64,000 nucleotides of DNA from Octopus vulgaris (GCA_951406725.2 OX597824.1:66278001-66342000), one strand, 5' to 3'. Counted from the first letter of the stretch, positions 49,000 to 62,632 are shown. A program made the numbers and translations. The notes: generated by a model not told the origin, from the sequence alone.

Positions 49000-50500
49000 C
49001 AGGTTGGCAAAATTGCTAGAGCATCAGATAAAACAGTTTGCAGTATTTTTCATGGCTCTTTTCATTCCCAGTTCAAATCCTATGATCAACTTTGCCTTTC
49101 ATCCTTTCAGGGGCCAATAAAAGCACCAGTCAAATACTGGGATCCATTTAATCAGCTAACCTTTCCATTACCACTCATCAAATTTGTGCCCTTGTTCCCA
49201 TGTTAAGAAAAATTTTCATTAGAGGCAGTGAACTGGCAGGCTCATAAGAACGTTAGACAAAAATATTTTTCAGTATTTACTTAATGTTCATTATGTTACG
49301 AGTTCAAATCCTACCCATAGTTGATAAAATACAGTACTACTCATGTAATGTTGCATTTTAATCAACTATCCCCTCCAAAATTTCAAACCCTGTGCCAATA
49401 TCAGAAACTATCAAAGGCAGAAAGCTGGCAGAATTGTTAGCATGCTGGCCAAAATACTTAGAACGTAAGACAGACAAAATACTGCTGAGTTCAAATTCCA
49501 CAGAGGTTGAGTTTGCCTTTCATCTTTTCGGGTCAAAATAAGTACCAGTTGAGAACTGGAGTCAATCTAATTGACCTATCCCTCCACCGAAATTGCTGGA
49601 ATTGTACCAAAACTCAAAAGCAATATTATAAACTATTATGCATTTTTAGTTAACTTATTCTATATCTTTTGTCCAAATTTTAACCTATTCTTTGTATAAC
49701 ATTAACCTTTTTCTGTTTTTATACAACTCAACCCAATCTCATGTTCTGTAAACCCCTGTTTTTTAATGTTTGTCTTTTATGTGTGAACCCTTAGTGGTTA
49801 ATAAAGAAAAGAATATTACTACAATTGTTAGGGTGATTGTTACATTGAAAAGAATTGTTAGAGTGCTGGACAAAATGCCTTGAAGTATTTGTTTTGGTGC
49901 TTTACATTCTGAGTTCAAATGCTGCTGAGGTCAAGTTTGCCTTTCCTCTTTCCAGGGTTGATAAAGTAAGTGCCAGTCAAGTAGTATGGTTGATATAATC
50001 AACTACCCATCTCAACTCTCAAACTTATGACCTTGTGCCTATGTTAGAAAACAATTATTACTATTGTAGCGAGCTGGCAAAATCATTAGCACACTGGGTC
50101 AAATGCTTAGTAGCATTTCCTCTGTTTTTACATTTTGAGTTCAAGTTCTGCCAAGGCCAGCTTTAATCCTTTCAATGGTTAATAAAATATGAGGTGAGCA
50201 CAGGGGTCAATGCAATCGACACCCCCTCCCCTAAAATTTCAGGCCTTGTGCCTTTAGTAGAATAGGATTATTATTATTATTATTATTATTAAGGCAGTGA
50301 GCTGGCAGAATCGTTACCATGCCAGGCAAAATACATAGCGGCATTTCATCCGTCTTTAGTTCTAAGTTCAAATTCCACCATAGTCAACTTTACTTTTCAC
50401 CCTTTCAGGGTCAATAAAATGAGCACCAGTTGAACCCTGGCAAATTAATTGACTCGCCCCTTCCCCTGAACTTGCTGGCCTTGTGCTAAAATTTGAAATT
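49000..50500 (+). mobile_element. Cluster of about six co-oriented family-B SINEs of differing decay
   Basis: Heads at about 49000, 49222, 49414, 49850, 50068 and 50291, separated by short ATT-rich spacers; 50291-50500 best preserved. Confidence 0.82.
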
Positions 50501-53500
50501 ATTATTACATCATCAGCAGCAAGTCTGTTTGTATTGACAAAGATTGGGTATTTGGATTTGTTTATCTGACATCCTGACAAATATATTGGTAATTACCCCC
50601 AAGCTTTTCTAACATGAGTTGATAGTTTGCCACCTAAAACTGGGAGCTGTTTCTTGCCAAAATATAAAGAAGACAGTACAACTGAAAGGTATCAATCAAC
50701 TCAACCAGTTAACTTTGCAAGGAAGTCTGTCTAGAATTAAATGTTTAAGTTTGGCCTCTCTAATTATATTAAGAATTAAAAGGTAGAAATGAAAAGATCA
50801 GCCACTTAGATAACATTCTTCTGTCTAGATTTATAAGGTGCAATTGAGCAACAAGGGTATGTTGTGCAGGGCACAATGTAGCAGGCTAAGTATGTTTTAT
50901 ATGTGATGCACTGGCAACAATTTGTGGCTGTTCACAATCAATTTGCTTGTTTTAGTGCATCTGAAGGTTGAAAATGGTGATTACAAGAGAGTTGAAAATG
51001 AGCAAAGTGAACTCTGTTTACATAGAATAGATAAGATTCTTTTGAGATTGTTTAGAGATAGACAGCAAACCTTTGGTTCTGAAGAGGAAAATAATGCATT
51101 TGTAGTTCAGGCATGTACATAATATTTGTGTGTCTGGGTGAATTAGATGGAGACAATGAACTTAAATCAATATTGTAGTAATGCTCTAGGTTATGTCTAT
51201 TTTCTTAGGCAGGATGCATCCAAAACTACAACACTGCATCCCTCCTTTTAAGAAAGTAGTATGATTTAGAGAGTATTTGGCTACTATTTCCAGTAGGCAA
51301 AATGACCATGTATAGGTTCATTTGTATTTTATTGGTGTATTTATCTTTATTGAGAGTAGTTACACATATAGTTGCAGAGTAAGAGAAGACTGATTTTAAA
51401 AAATTTAATGCATTCCTCAAATGCATTAAATCATTTCTGATTTTCACTATTTATTTGTTGTTGTTAAACTCCAGGTCAGAGCTGATTAAACAGCCTGGTG
51501 CTCCAGCACTGACCATCCAATTCCCCGCTCCCCATAGTGCATCTTGCTATAACACTAATTAGAAAACATAGACCTGTTTTGTTTCCCAATTTAAGACCAC
51601 TGATTGGCTCATAGATGCATTCATGATAATACATTCTGAAATGAAATCAATGTTGTATCACTTCCAACTACATTTTTTTATCAAATGGGACAGAAGTGCA
51701 CCTCAAGCAGAGATCCATTACCAGACATGACAGAAATGTGGTCCTGTATTAAACATTTTGAGAGGCTTCCCTATTTGCAATCAACCCTATTGCAACTATT
51801 GACATTCAGCTGAGTTTCTTATAAGGATCAATGCAATGATTAGTAACAAACCAGCTGTGATTTGATCCTTCTTCATCCTTCTCAGAAATCCTGATTGAAT
51901 TATTATCACTGTCCTTACTTTCATTAAACCATTAAAAAAAAAAGTTATGTTTCTATAAACTGCCAGTATTGAAGCTAGATAAATTGATACACACAGCTTC
52001 TGTGTCAACTGCAATTTATTCTTCATTTTGTATTCACCGAAGACTGAGCATACATTAGTATATCAATGTTCTTCGTCAACAATCAGTGTATTTTTAATAA
52101 ATGGTGCCAAATGAGTTGTCTTGGTGATTGCTTGGCTTGCTGATGTAGCAGTCAAAACTCCAATAACAACAACAACAGCAGCAGTAGCAACATGACAGGT
52201 AGTGTGCAAGACAAAGAGAGAGCCTTTACATGGACACTCAACCTGCAAGAAATAGCAGCTGAATTTCCCTCATATTATACTAGTGTCTTACAAAAACAGA
52301 AAAGGGGGTAAAAGGAGGAGGACATATCAGATAAAGAATCTTAGAGATACTATATTTGTTGGGATGGGATGATCACTGCTTTGACCATATGTCTTCTCAA
52401 TCAGGCCAGGTTCAAGACAAAACAACACACAAACTATGCTTATACTTTAATGTTGAGGGGCTTGGTATTAAATAATTACTCATCACATCAAAGTCTTCAT
52501 ATTTAAATTAAAACTTCAATCAAATCTGAATGACATCATGATATTTCAGTTGGTCAACATCAACACAATAATATATCAATATATAAAATTACAGATTTAT
52601 TACTTCTTTTTAACAGAAAGCTTTCCAAAGTCTTGGTTACATTGAAAATGTATCAAAGCACTAGCTATCTACCCTTTAGAACCAACAAGAGAACCTTTAT
52701 GTGATCACTTAACTGCTAGAAATAGTACCCAAATCTCCCTTCTTCACAACCATCTTTTTACAAAAAAAAAAAAAGAGGAATGATGCATTAGATACAATAT
52801 CTAGAAAACCACCCAGAAAATGGAATGCCTTTGATCATAGGTCTGCTCAAACAAGGTTGTCTTCAAACTAAATAAAAGTCCCCAAAGGAGTAAAATCTAA
52901 GTAAATATTGTTATTTATTTTCTAGTAGTTGGAACAGAGCTGGAGAAGAAAGAGGTAGAGAGGAACAAGAGTTGGGGTAGTTAAATGCAATAGTGTAGAA
53001 ATCCAAGTGTTTGGAGGAATTGATGGAAATAGTTGTTGGGACACAATGTTGTATGCATAAAAACAACATTAATAGAAGCATATCTGTGCACACATATGTA
53101 TAACTGGATAAGACCTGTGAATGTATATGTGCAAGGATGTATGCCAGTGGTATTTAAATATAGAAAGATAAAAAGAAATGCAACATTAGGAAACAAGATG
53201 ATTGTTAGAGAGTGACCGTACAAAAATAAAAACCAATCATCAAGGACAAATTATTGATCTGCTGGAATATTTCCAAAGATTACACTGATAAATTATTGGT
53301 TCTGTCAAAAAAACGGAAGATGGGTGTGGGTTAAAGAGAAACAGGAGTGAAGTAAAACGGGGAAAAGAAGTTTAAGAAAGACAGAGAAATGGAGAAAAGA
53401 GAGAGAAGTGATGGGGACAGAGAGAGTCAACATAAGTCAATAACAAGAAAAGGCAGGAAGCACAAAATGGAAAAAAAGAGGGAGAGAGAGATGGAAGGGG

Positions 53501-55057
53501 AAGAGAAAGAGACAAAAAGAGTGAATAAAAGTGAGAAAAAAGAAAAGAACAAAAGGAGGAGAGAGAGAGAGGCAGACAAGCAAAGAATGTGATAGCAAAA
53601 ACAAAGAAAAAAAGAGAGACAAGGAATAATGAAGAGTAAGATAGAAAGAGGGAAAAAAACTGAGTGACGGAGATAGGGAAGAAAACACTATGTGGTGAGT
53701 CAACCTGCTAGTAATAGAGGCCAATCTCCCTCAATAATAAGATCTCAAAAAACAAAAAAAAAGACATTGAATAGGACAGTCCTAGCAACAATACTTGAAA
53801 AAGGTAGGATGGCCATATCTGTTCTGCTTGAAATCTATGAGTAAAAGCTTTCCAACTTTGAGGTTATACAGCAAAATGTCTAATTAATACAAGAGTTTCT
53901 ATGTATAAATAGACACACTATAAATGTTAAAAAAAGAAATGACATGATGGTCATGGCTAGAACACTTCTATTTGACCAGAGTTAACCTAGAAATAAACAG
54001 CAACAATAAAATCTCTCCCCCTAATCCCCCCCCCCCCGTCCCATCTCTGTAAATCCCTGATGACCATCAACTCCATGTATTTAGTGTGTTGATATTAAAA
54101 TAATCAAATCATTTGACGTTGTGTTTTTATGAGATACATCTGGGACAGAATGTCTGTTATTGTTGGAATAATGACAACAGATAGCTGTCCTGGCCTAAGG
54201 CAAATATCAATGGCATAGCCTGATGGCTTGTTTTAAGTCAGTCTTTCTTTTGGAAGAATATTAATGATGTGAGTGAACAAGAATGAAGAAGGGGAGGAGG
54301 AGGAGGATGGGAGAGATGCTTGGTGAAAGGGAGAGAACAGTTGGAAGCTAAATGATGAGAAAGGTAGAGCAGGGAGAAGATACAGAGGGAGAGCAAGAAG
54401 ACACAGAGGGAGAGCATGTGAAAGGATGAATGAATAAAGGAGAGATGAGATACAGACTGAAAAGAGGAGAAATGGAACAGAATAGGTGATAGCTAGAGAG
54501 AAAGATAGGACAGGGTGGAAGATAACTAAAGATTATTGGTGCCAGCTGTTGGAACAACACAGATCCAATGTTTTCAATGACATCAAAAACCCCCCATATT
54601 TCAGTATTACACTTTTATGTCCACTTTTAACTGATAATCTCTCTCTCTCCTCACATACAGAGTATACATACTGCCATCAACCTAAGTAGACCTGTTGCCA
54701 GGTACATCTTACAGCTCCATGCAGTCCACTTGACATACATTCTTCCACATCTCTGCAGTCACTACAGCACTACCATAAATTCTACATCAAATCACTTACC
54801 ACAATATTCTCACATACATGCACACGTGTGCACATCACACTAATATTCAACATCTCTACACAGTGACTACTTTATTTTCCACATCTCTGCACTGTCAACA
54901 CATTGTTATATATTCCCAACAATACTATATAACATCCACTACATATTTCACATCTTTACATAGTCAATAATAGCTATTATATATTCCACATCTTATATAA
55001 CACTGCAATATACTCACCACATTGTTTTAACTTACTGCACTACTCTCTCTCTCTCAG

Positions 55058-55093
<36 letters not shown>

Positions 55094-55583
55094 TTAGCAG
55101 ATGCAACAGAGAGACTCAAGGACTGAGAGGTTTGTGTGTTGGCACTTATCTTTGCAGAGACATCCAGCTTGATAAGTGCCAATACACAAAACTCTTGGCC
55201 TTTGAGTCACAGTGTTGCTTCTGCTAAATATTAATAAAACTATACATACTCATATTTTGAGTTCTACTTTTCCTGTCTGCATCACCATACCTACTTATCT
55301 ACATACATATTGCCCACCATAAGAGAATTGAAATTTTAAAACCAAGGTGCCACGTAAAAAGTGTTGGTGTGGGTACAGGGGCCATGTAAAAAGTACAGGT
55401 GATGGTGCCACATAAAGAGCACTCAGTACACTCGGTGGAGTGGTTGGCATTAGGAAGCGCATTCAGGGAGATGGAAGATCTCAAAGCAGATGAAGTTATA
55501 ATAGTATGTAAACATTGGGTTTTAAAACCCTTTGAATAAAACCACATCTCCAGTAAATGACAGTGTTTTACATTTTATATATA

Positions 55584-55615
55584 TACTAGCAGACGTACCT
55601 GGTGTTGCTCAAAAT
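55584..55615 (-). mobile_element. Helitron-like 3' terminus
   Basis: Minus strand reads gagcaacaccaggtacgtctgCTAG|T: decayed subterminal hairpin followed by CTAG and T. The element may extend to about 56600. Confidence 0.4.
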
Positions 55616-56228
55616 CTAAATGGCATAGTTTGTATATATGGTACAGTTAATTTGAAACATGCAATACGGGAAAGTGCAGCATTGACGTCAAAACACTTGT
55701 GGAGTAAATGAAGGGCTAATTCGACTAAGTGACATATCAAGAATCTGTTTGGAAGATTCCAGGCCCTAACCTTCTCATGGAAAAGTGGATGGGGGTATGT
55801 GATTTTTGAACACACCAAAAAGCTCTCAAAGGATATACTCTCCTTTGCAGCTGTTGGCACTGCCACTACCACGCTGAACAATCAGCAGACACAGGAACTA
55901 CACCTATGTGATAAATTAAGCCTGTGGGCACATTCAACAGCACCACATGAGAGAAATCTACATGAAAGAAATAATGTGGTAAATGGGGATGGATTGTTGA
56001 AAACAACACTGTCAAGTACTATTTCAGTTTGGAATCAATAGTTGGGTTGCTGATGTGGTTGGAGAGATCAATAGTCATAGCTTGACTGTGCACTCCTTCA
56101 CATAAACAGTGTGTGACCATTGTGAGAATAACTCAGCTCCCAAACAAAAACAATTCTGCATGCAGCATCTGGGTACACAAGGTCCCATGAAGGACATGAT
56201 CCATAACATGGTTGGGTTTTTGACACCA

Positions 56229-56567
56229 GTGAAGGTGCATGGCTCAGTGGTTAGAGCGTCAAGCTTACAATGGTAAAGTTGTGAGTTCGATTCCCGGACC
56301 GGGCTGCGTGTTGTGTTCTTGAGCAAGACACTTTATTTCACGTTGCTCCAGTTAACTCAGCTGTAGAACTGAATTGCAACGTTACTGGTGCCAAGCTGTA
56401 TTGGCCCCATTGCCTTTCCCTTGGATAACATCAGTGGCGTGGAAAGCGAAGGCTGGTATGCATGGGCAACTGTTGGTCTTCCATAAACAACCTTACCCGG
56501 ACGGTGCCTCGGAGGGTAACTTTCTAGGTGCAATCCCATGGTCATTCATGACCGAAGGGGGTCACCC
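56229..56567 (+). mobile_element. Family-C SINE, well preserved, 10-bp TSD
   Basis: A and B boxes intact, CpGs retained; TSD tttgacacca at 56219-56228 and 56568-56577. Confidence 0.92.
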
Positions 56568-58584
56568 TTTGACACCATAAATTAGTAGGCTAATGTATAT
56601 ACAATATTTCAGTGTGTAATCAATAGCTGAAGAGTATTTGTATGGGCTTCATCTATGCTTAGAAGGAAGACTTTGATACTGAAGCTAAAAAAATAGTTGA
56701 ATAGTTGCTCAGGATTTAACATTTTATCATACTTTTCATAATAAACAGTATGCTCCAAACAGTTTTTATTTCAACATATTGCTCCTATGGTACTACAGGA
56801 ACTGGCTAGAAGCCCCATTACTCATTATGTGAAAAAAATTAAGAGTCTTAAACCATCTCTGGAACTTAAGTAATGCATATTCCCAGTTTGAAGACAATCA
56901 GTTGCAAACTTCAGAAGTTCTGCAGGTTTATACACACAGAGTGATGTACAGGCTACAGCAGTAGCTGCCATGTTCCATGCATGGGTCCATTAATCATGCA
57001 ACAAGTTCATGCCCTTCAACTGAGGAAATGTTACCTTGCTTGGAAACAAGTAAGGGTTGATAAAAGGAAGAGCATCTAGCTGTAAATTATTGGCCTTAAT
57101 AAACTCCATCCAACCTAAGCGCATATGGAAAAAGGGACATCAAAAACGATGATGATAGTATTCACTGCAGTATACTCACCATACTGCTATACATTCACCT
57201 CATTACTCTACACACTCACTACAGCACTATATACATTCGGCATATTGCTATTATATTTTCTACATCTTATACACTTATTACATTGCTATACACCTCACTG
57301 CACTGTTATACATTCCACACCTCCGTATACTCGTTATTCTGCTACACACACACACACACACACACTAAATCACTACACTGCATTGCTATATCCTATATAG
57401 CAATTTGCTTTACATTCTACATCAGTACATAATCACTAAATTTCCCATCCCCTAATTTCTTATGACAAACTCCTTCACATGCAATTACCACATTACAAGA
57501 TCCATAACTTTCCTAGAGAAAAAAAAACAAAAAAAAATATGCTGAATAATAGTGTCCTAGATATATCTTGAAAGTAAAAAGGCAGAATGGCCACTGCTGG
57601 AATGTCAACACTCTTCTACATCTCAATGCAGAACATAAGTTTCTTTTTTCATACAGTTTACAAGTTGCCATGCACTCACCCTCATCTCTGTACGGTCCAC
57701 CTATTGCAATACAATTTCTATACTGCAGTACAGGTCCACTTATTGCCATAGTCTGTCCATTTATATCTCAAGACATTTGCTATATTTCCATATACACCTG
57801 TTGCCATGTAGCTCCACTATGCTACATCTCTATAGAACCACCATATTATCTCTTCAGCACAGTTACATTGCACAATATACTCCTTACATGTCTGCACAGT
57901 CACTATACAATCCTCGCATGTCTGTACCTTTGATACACTTTAATGTTCTGTCAGACAGTTGTTATTGTTTAGCCCTATTTGAATCAAAGGCATTCAAACT
58001 TATCCAGTCTTATTTTTACAGAACAGTGCATAAAAAATTACATTACCCAATATATCTTGCCTTTTGATTTGAACAAGATTTCGCTGCTCTTTCTTATAGA
58101 CTGAGCAACCATGTACAGTTCCCACATGGTCATATGTTCTATATCTGTAAGGTTCACATCCCCAAAACATGACATACAATATTTACATGTGCATACAGTC
58201 ACTACACAGTCAACTTGCAGTGAACACATCAGTTCCTGGATTGACATCAAACCCTTGCACTGTCATACGGTTTCTCAGTATGATCAGAATTCACAACAAT
58301 GGAGACTTCAAAATGAACAATTTACTTTAAAACAACAGACAGTCGACACCATTTTACAATCAACTAAAGCTACTATTTAGCTCTAGGTCAGTTCACATTA
58401 AGCAAACATATGGCCAAAAACATTCCCACCATGACCATCCTATCACTGTCCAATATAATCCGTTTTTAATTTTAAGACAGTAGCATACGATCTGAGGGAG
58501 ATCTTAGCTGCTATGTATAATATATCTGTTGTAAAGGCTCCCTCATTGACTCAATCCAAAGTGCAATAGATAAGAATCTTTTAC

Positions 58585-58672
58585 CTGCATCTTGACAGCA
58601 ATGATTATAGAGGTGAGATCATTTTCCAATGGTTTCTGGACAACCAGTCTAGTTAGTGTCAAACTGCAGAGT
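58585..58672 (-). CDS. PACS: PACS1/2 homolog, internal coding exon (88 bp; first of four in window)
   Basis: ttctacAG acceptor and CAG|GTAAAA donor. One base plus 29 codons: (R)LCSLTLTRLVVQKPLENDLTSIIIAVKMQ, matching the PACS N-terminal RLxSLTL...IAVKxQ segment. Missed by the ORF track. Confidence 0.95.
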
Positions 58673-59259
58673 CTGTAGAAGAAAACAAGAGAAAAGATAT
58701 TAATGAAAATAATAAACATCTTATGACATCTTTCTTTAATTTGATATTTTTCTTTTGAAAATCATATTTAAATATTCTATGCAAATATGTTTACAAGTAT
58801 TGACTGCAGAAGCAAATATAGATACATACAATATGCATGTATATACATAGGCACACATATGCATATATGCACATACCTACATACATACATGGTGGAAGCT
58901 CGTTAGTTATCCGTTTGAGGTCTGAAGAAGGTTCTGTAAATGAATGATTACAGTGAATAAAGCATGCACAGAACTACATTTGCTTTCCAGACAGAACCAA
59001 TTCCCTGTCCCCTCCACCTTCCCCTCTATAGGGGTGGGGGTTCAACATTTGTTAGAACATCTTAGAAAAGGATATTTTGATGTAAGACCTGAGGATCATT
59101 CAGTTTCTGGTTGCCCTAACAAGAACTAGGGGGTCAGAACACTACTTCACTTTCTCAAGTATTTCTGATAACATGCATAAATACACACACACACACAGAG
59201 GCATACAATGAAAGTTGTACGGATATTCCCTTGTTGCTTCCACCATTGAAAATGCTTTG

Positions 59260-59445
59260 AACCAGGTCAATCAGGCAGAGCAAATCTATGACTAAGGGCA
59301 TTCCAGCTATGACCATCCAGTCTTTTTAATGTTTTGTAGGACTACATAATATGATGTATATTTTCTTTGAGATTTTAAGCTATGACTGAAGGAGATTTGG
59401 CTACTATTTCTAGGTAACTGAGTGCCCACATAGAGGCTCTCTCGT
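59260..59445 (+). repeat. Representative copy of an old dispersed repeat ('gagatttggctgctatttctag' family)
   Basis: ccaggtca...gagca.acctatga..aagg.attccagc..tgaccatcc...gagatttggctactatttctag...tagaggctc. Similar copies near 6700, 10650, 15500, 18540, 25400, 32200, 36490, 51280, 52240, 52710, 53700 and 58500. Confidence 0.75.
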
Positions 59446-59560
59446 TTTGCTCCTTTCTAATTAGTGTCACCAGGCTAGATATAGTAACAAAGAGGAAAAG
59501 AATCAAGTTCAATCTATACAAGGTAAATTCTAAGATTTCACTTCCCTCAACTACTGTACA

Positions 59561-59561
<1 letters not shown>

Positions 59562-59595
<34 letters not shown>

Positions 59596-59613
59596 TGAAG
59601 AGAGAGAGAAACT

Positions 59614-59651
<38 letters not shown>

Positions 59652-59891
59652 TGAACAGAGTGAGAGAGAGAGAGAGAGAGAGAGAAACTGAACAGAGTGA
59701 GAGAGAGAGAGAGAGAGAGAGAAACTGAACAGAGTGAGAGAGAGAGAGAGAGAGAGAAAAACTGAACAGAGTGAGAGAGAGAGAAAAACTGAACAGAGTG
59801 AGAGAGAGAGAGAGAAACTGAACAGAGTGAGAGAGAGAGAGAGAGAGAGAGAAACTGAACAGAGTGAGAGAGAGAGAGAGAGAAACTGAAC

Positions 59892-59922
<31 letters not shown>

Positions 59923-60600
59923 AACTGAACAGAGTGAGAGAGAGAGAGAGAAACTGAACAGAGTGAGAGAGAGAGAGAGAGAAACTGAACAGAGTGAGAG
60001 AGAGAGAGAGAGAAACTGAACAGAGTGAGAGAGAGAGAGAGAGAGAAACTGAACAGAGTGAGAGAGAGAGAAAAACTGAACAGAGTGAGAGAGAGAGAGA
60101 GAAACTGAACAGAGTGAGAGAGAGAGAGAAACTGAACAGAGAGAGAGAGAGAGAGAAACTGAACAGAGTGAGAGAGAGAGAGAGAAACTGAACAGAGTGA
60201 GAGAGAGAGAGAGAGAAAACTGAACAGAGTGAGAGAGAGAGAGAGAAACTGAACAGAGTGAGAGAGAGAGAGAGAGAGAAAAACTGAACAGAGTGAGAGA
60301 GAGAGAGAGAGAGAAACTGAACAGAGTGAGAGAGAGAGAGAGAGAAACTGAACAGAGTGAGAGAGAGAGAAACTGAACAGAGTGAGAGAGAGAGAAACTG
60401 AACAGAGTGAGAGAGAGAGAGAGAGAGAAACTGAACAGAGTGAGAGAGAGAGAGAAACTGAACAGAGTGAGAGAGAGAGAGAAACTGAACAGAGTGAGAG
60501 AGAGAGAGAGAAACTGAACAGAGTGAGAGAGAGAGAGAGAGAAACTGAACAGAGTGAGAGAGAGAGAGAGAAACTGAACAGAGTGAGAGAGAGAGAGAGA

Positions 60601-60637
<37 letters not shown>

Positions 60638-60642
60638 TGAAC

Positions 60643-60681
<39 letters not shown>

Positions 60682-60835
60682 GAAAAGAGAGAAAGAGAAA
60701 AAACAGAAAAGAGAGAGAGGAACAGAGAGAGAGAGAGAGAGAAACAGAACAAAGAGAGAAACAGAACAGAACAGAGAGAGAAAGAGAAACAGAACAGAGA
60801 GAAACAGAACAGAGAGAGAGAGAGAAAAACAGAAG
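59562..60835. repeat. Compound satellite: (AG)n punctuated by aactgaacagagtg
   Basis: Roughly 30 units of aaactgaacagagtg plus variable-length (AG)n, degrading to aaacagaacag units at the right end. Confidence 0.97.
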
Positions 60836-61236
60836 GGAGATGCAAACTGATACATACCCATACAAACAAAATTCATATACATGTACATATATTCACAAAC
60901 ACACAAACATATGTCCAATCCATGCCAGCATGGAACATGAATGTTAAATGATGATTGTGTGTGTGTGTAGTTTTTGTTTACTTAGTGGTACACAAAAAAC
61001 AAAATACTCAACACAATCTTGTTGAATTAAGAGTCTGATATCTGTCTACAAGATAAACAGGATTACATAATCCAAACCACAGTTTTGTTCAGTCGGACTT
61101 TCAGTTGACTGTGCAACACATTAATGGACTGATATGGTTATGCATAATAAATAACTCACTCAGCTGATGTATGTAACAACTGACCAAAAGGCTGATTTAA
61201 GAAAACCATGGTTTAGAAAAATTAGGTTTACTCTTG

Positions 61237-61435
61237 AACTTGTTTCAGTTATTTGACTGTGGCCATGCTGGAGCACCGCCTTTAATCAAACAAATTGACC
61301 CTAGGACTTATTCTTTGTAAGCCTCATACTTATTCTATCGATCTCTTTTGCCGAATTGCTAAGTTACAGGGACATATGCACACCAGCATCGGTTGTCAAG
61401 CGATGTTGGGGGGACAAACACAGACACACACACAC

Positions 61436-61477
<42 letters not shown>

Positions 61478-61935
61478 CACACACACACACACATATATAC
61501 GACAAGCTTCTTTCAGTTTCCGTCAACCAAATCCACTCACAAGGCTTTGGCTGGCCCGAGGCTATAGTAGAAGACAATTGCCCAAGGTGACATGCAGTGG
61601 GACTGAACTTGGAACCATGTGGTTCGTAAGCAAGCTACTGACCACACAGCCACTCCTACGTTTTTTTTTTATATTCTTTTACTGGTTTCAGTCATTGGGT
61701 TGTGGCCATGCTACAGCACTGCTTTAAGATGTTTTCATCAAACAAATCAACCTTTATTTTAAATTTGGTACCACATACATAGGGCTTCTACACAATTTCT
61801 ATTTTCCAAATTCACTCACAAGACACTCATTGGTCTGAGGCTGTGAAAGAAAACACTTGGTCAAAGTGTTGTGCAGTGAGACTGAACTGAGAAGCACATG
61901 GTTGTGAAAACAACTTAACCACACAGTCACCAAGC
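61237..61935 (-). mobile_element. Two tandem family-A SINEs (61237-61640 well preserved; 61677-61935 decayed)
   Basis: Reverse complement of 4255-4624. Confidence 0.85.
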
Positions 61936-62632
61936 CAGTGTGTGTTCTTAACCATACAGCTGTGCCTTTGATTTTAGTGATGGTTTATAGATAATTATGG
62001 AGAATTATAATGTGTGCGTGCGTAGATGGAGTATAGTACCAGAACACTGTAAAACTCTAACAGTGTAATAACAAGTGTGTTCAAAATTAAGCCTTTGTGC
62101 AAATCTATGCAGCCAATATCAGTAAGAGAAATAATCGTGGTGGTAGTGATGATGATGATGACGATGATAATAACGTGGATAAAATATAATCAAAATTCAA
62201 GATATCAAAAGAGTAACAACAAAGAAGGTGACTCACACATGTAAACCTCTTAAGAAAAAGAAATGGAATAAGTACAACAAAACAGATAACTAAAAGTACT
62301 TGTTGGAAAGGGCTAGATTCATGTAAACATATGTTTGCATGTAATCATTACACACACACACACACACACACACACTAAAGGACATTCATTAGCAAATTAA
62401 GCAAAGCAAAATAGCTTCCACTAACTGAGAGATAGAAAACTCGGTCACAAACACAGACATGGACAGCCTCTCTAGGATTTTACTGTTACCATCCTCACCT
62501 TTATTAACTAAGAGGGAGAGAGAGGGAGGGAGGGAGAGAGAGTTCAAAGAGGTCACTGCACACGCCCTCCCACTGCAGCAGTAACTTCTTGTGTTGACAT
62601 GACAACTATGACTCAGGCATTGCAAAAAACAG

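Noticed and set aside
56229-56310. tRNA-like sequences (also 4258, 26592, 35220, 42681)
   Set aside because: They are SINE heads continuing into repeat bodies with TSDs, not tRNA genes.
58915-58950. CTGAAGA motif as a hammerhead
   Set aside because: No downstream GAAA plus NUH or supporting stems.
59375-60951. Long ORFs of 189-496 aa rich in SL/ER
   Set aside because: Translations of the (AG)n compound satellite, open in several frames; no coding signal. Not a CRISPR array either, since spacers are simple AG runs and the DNA is eukaryotic.
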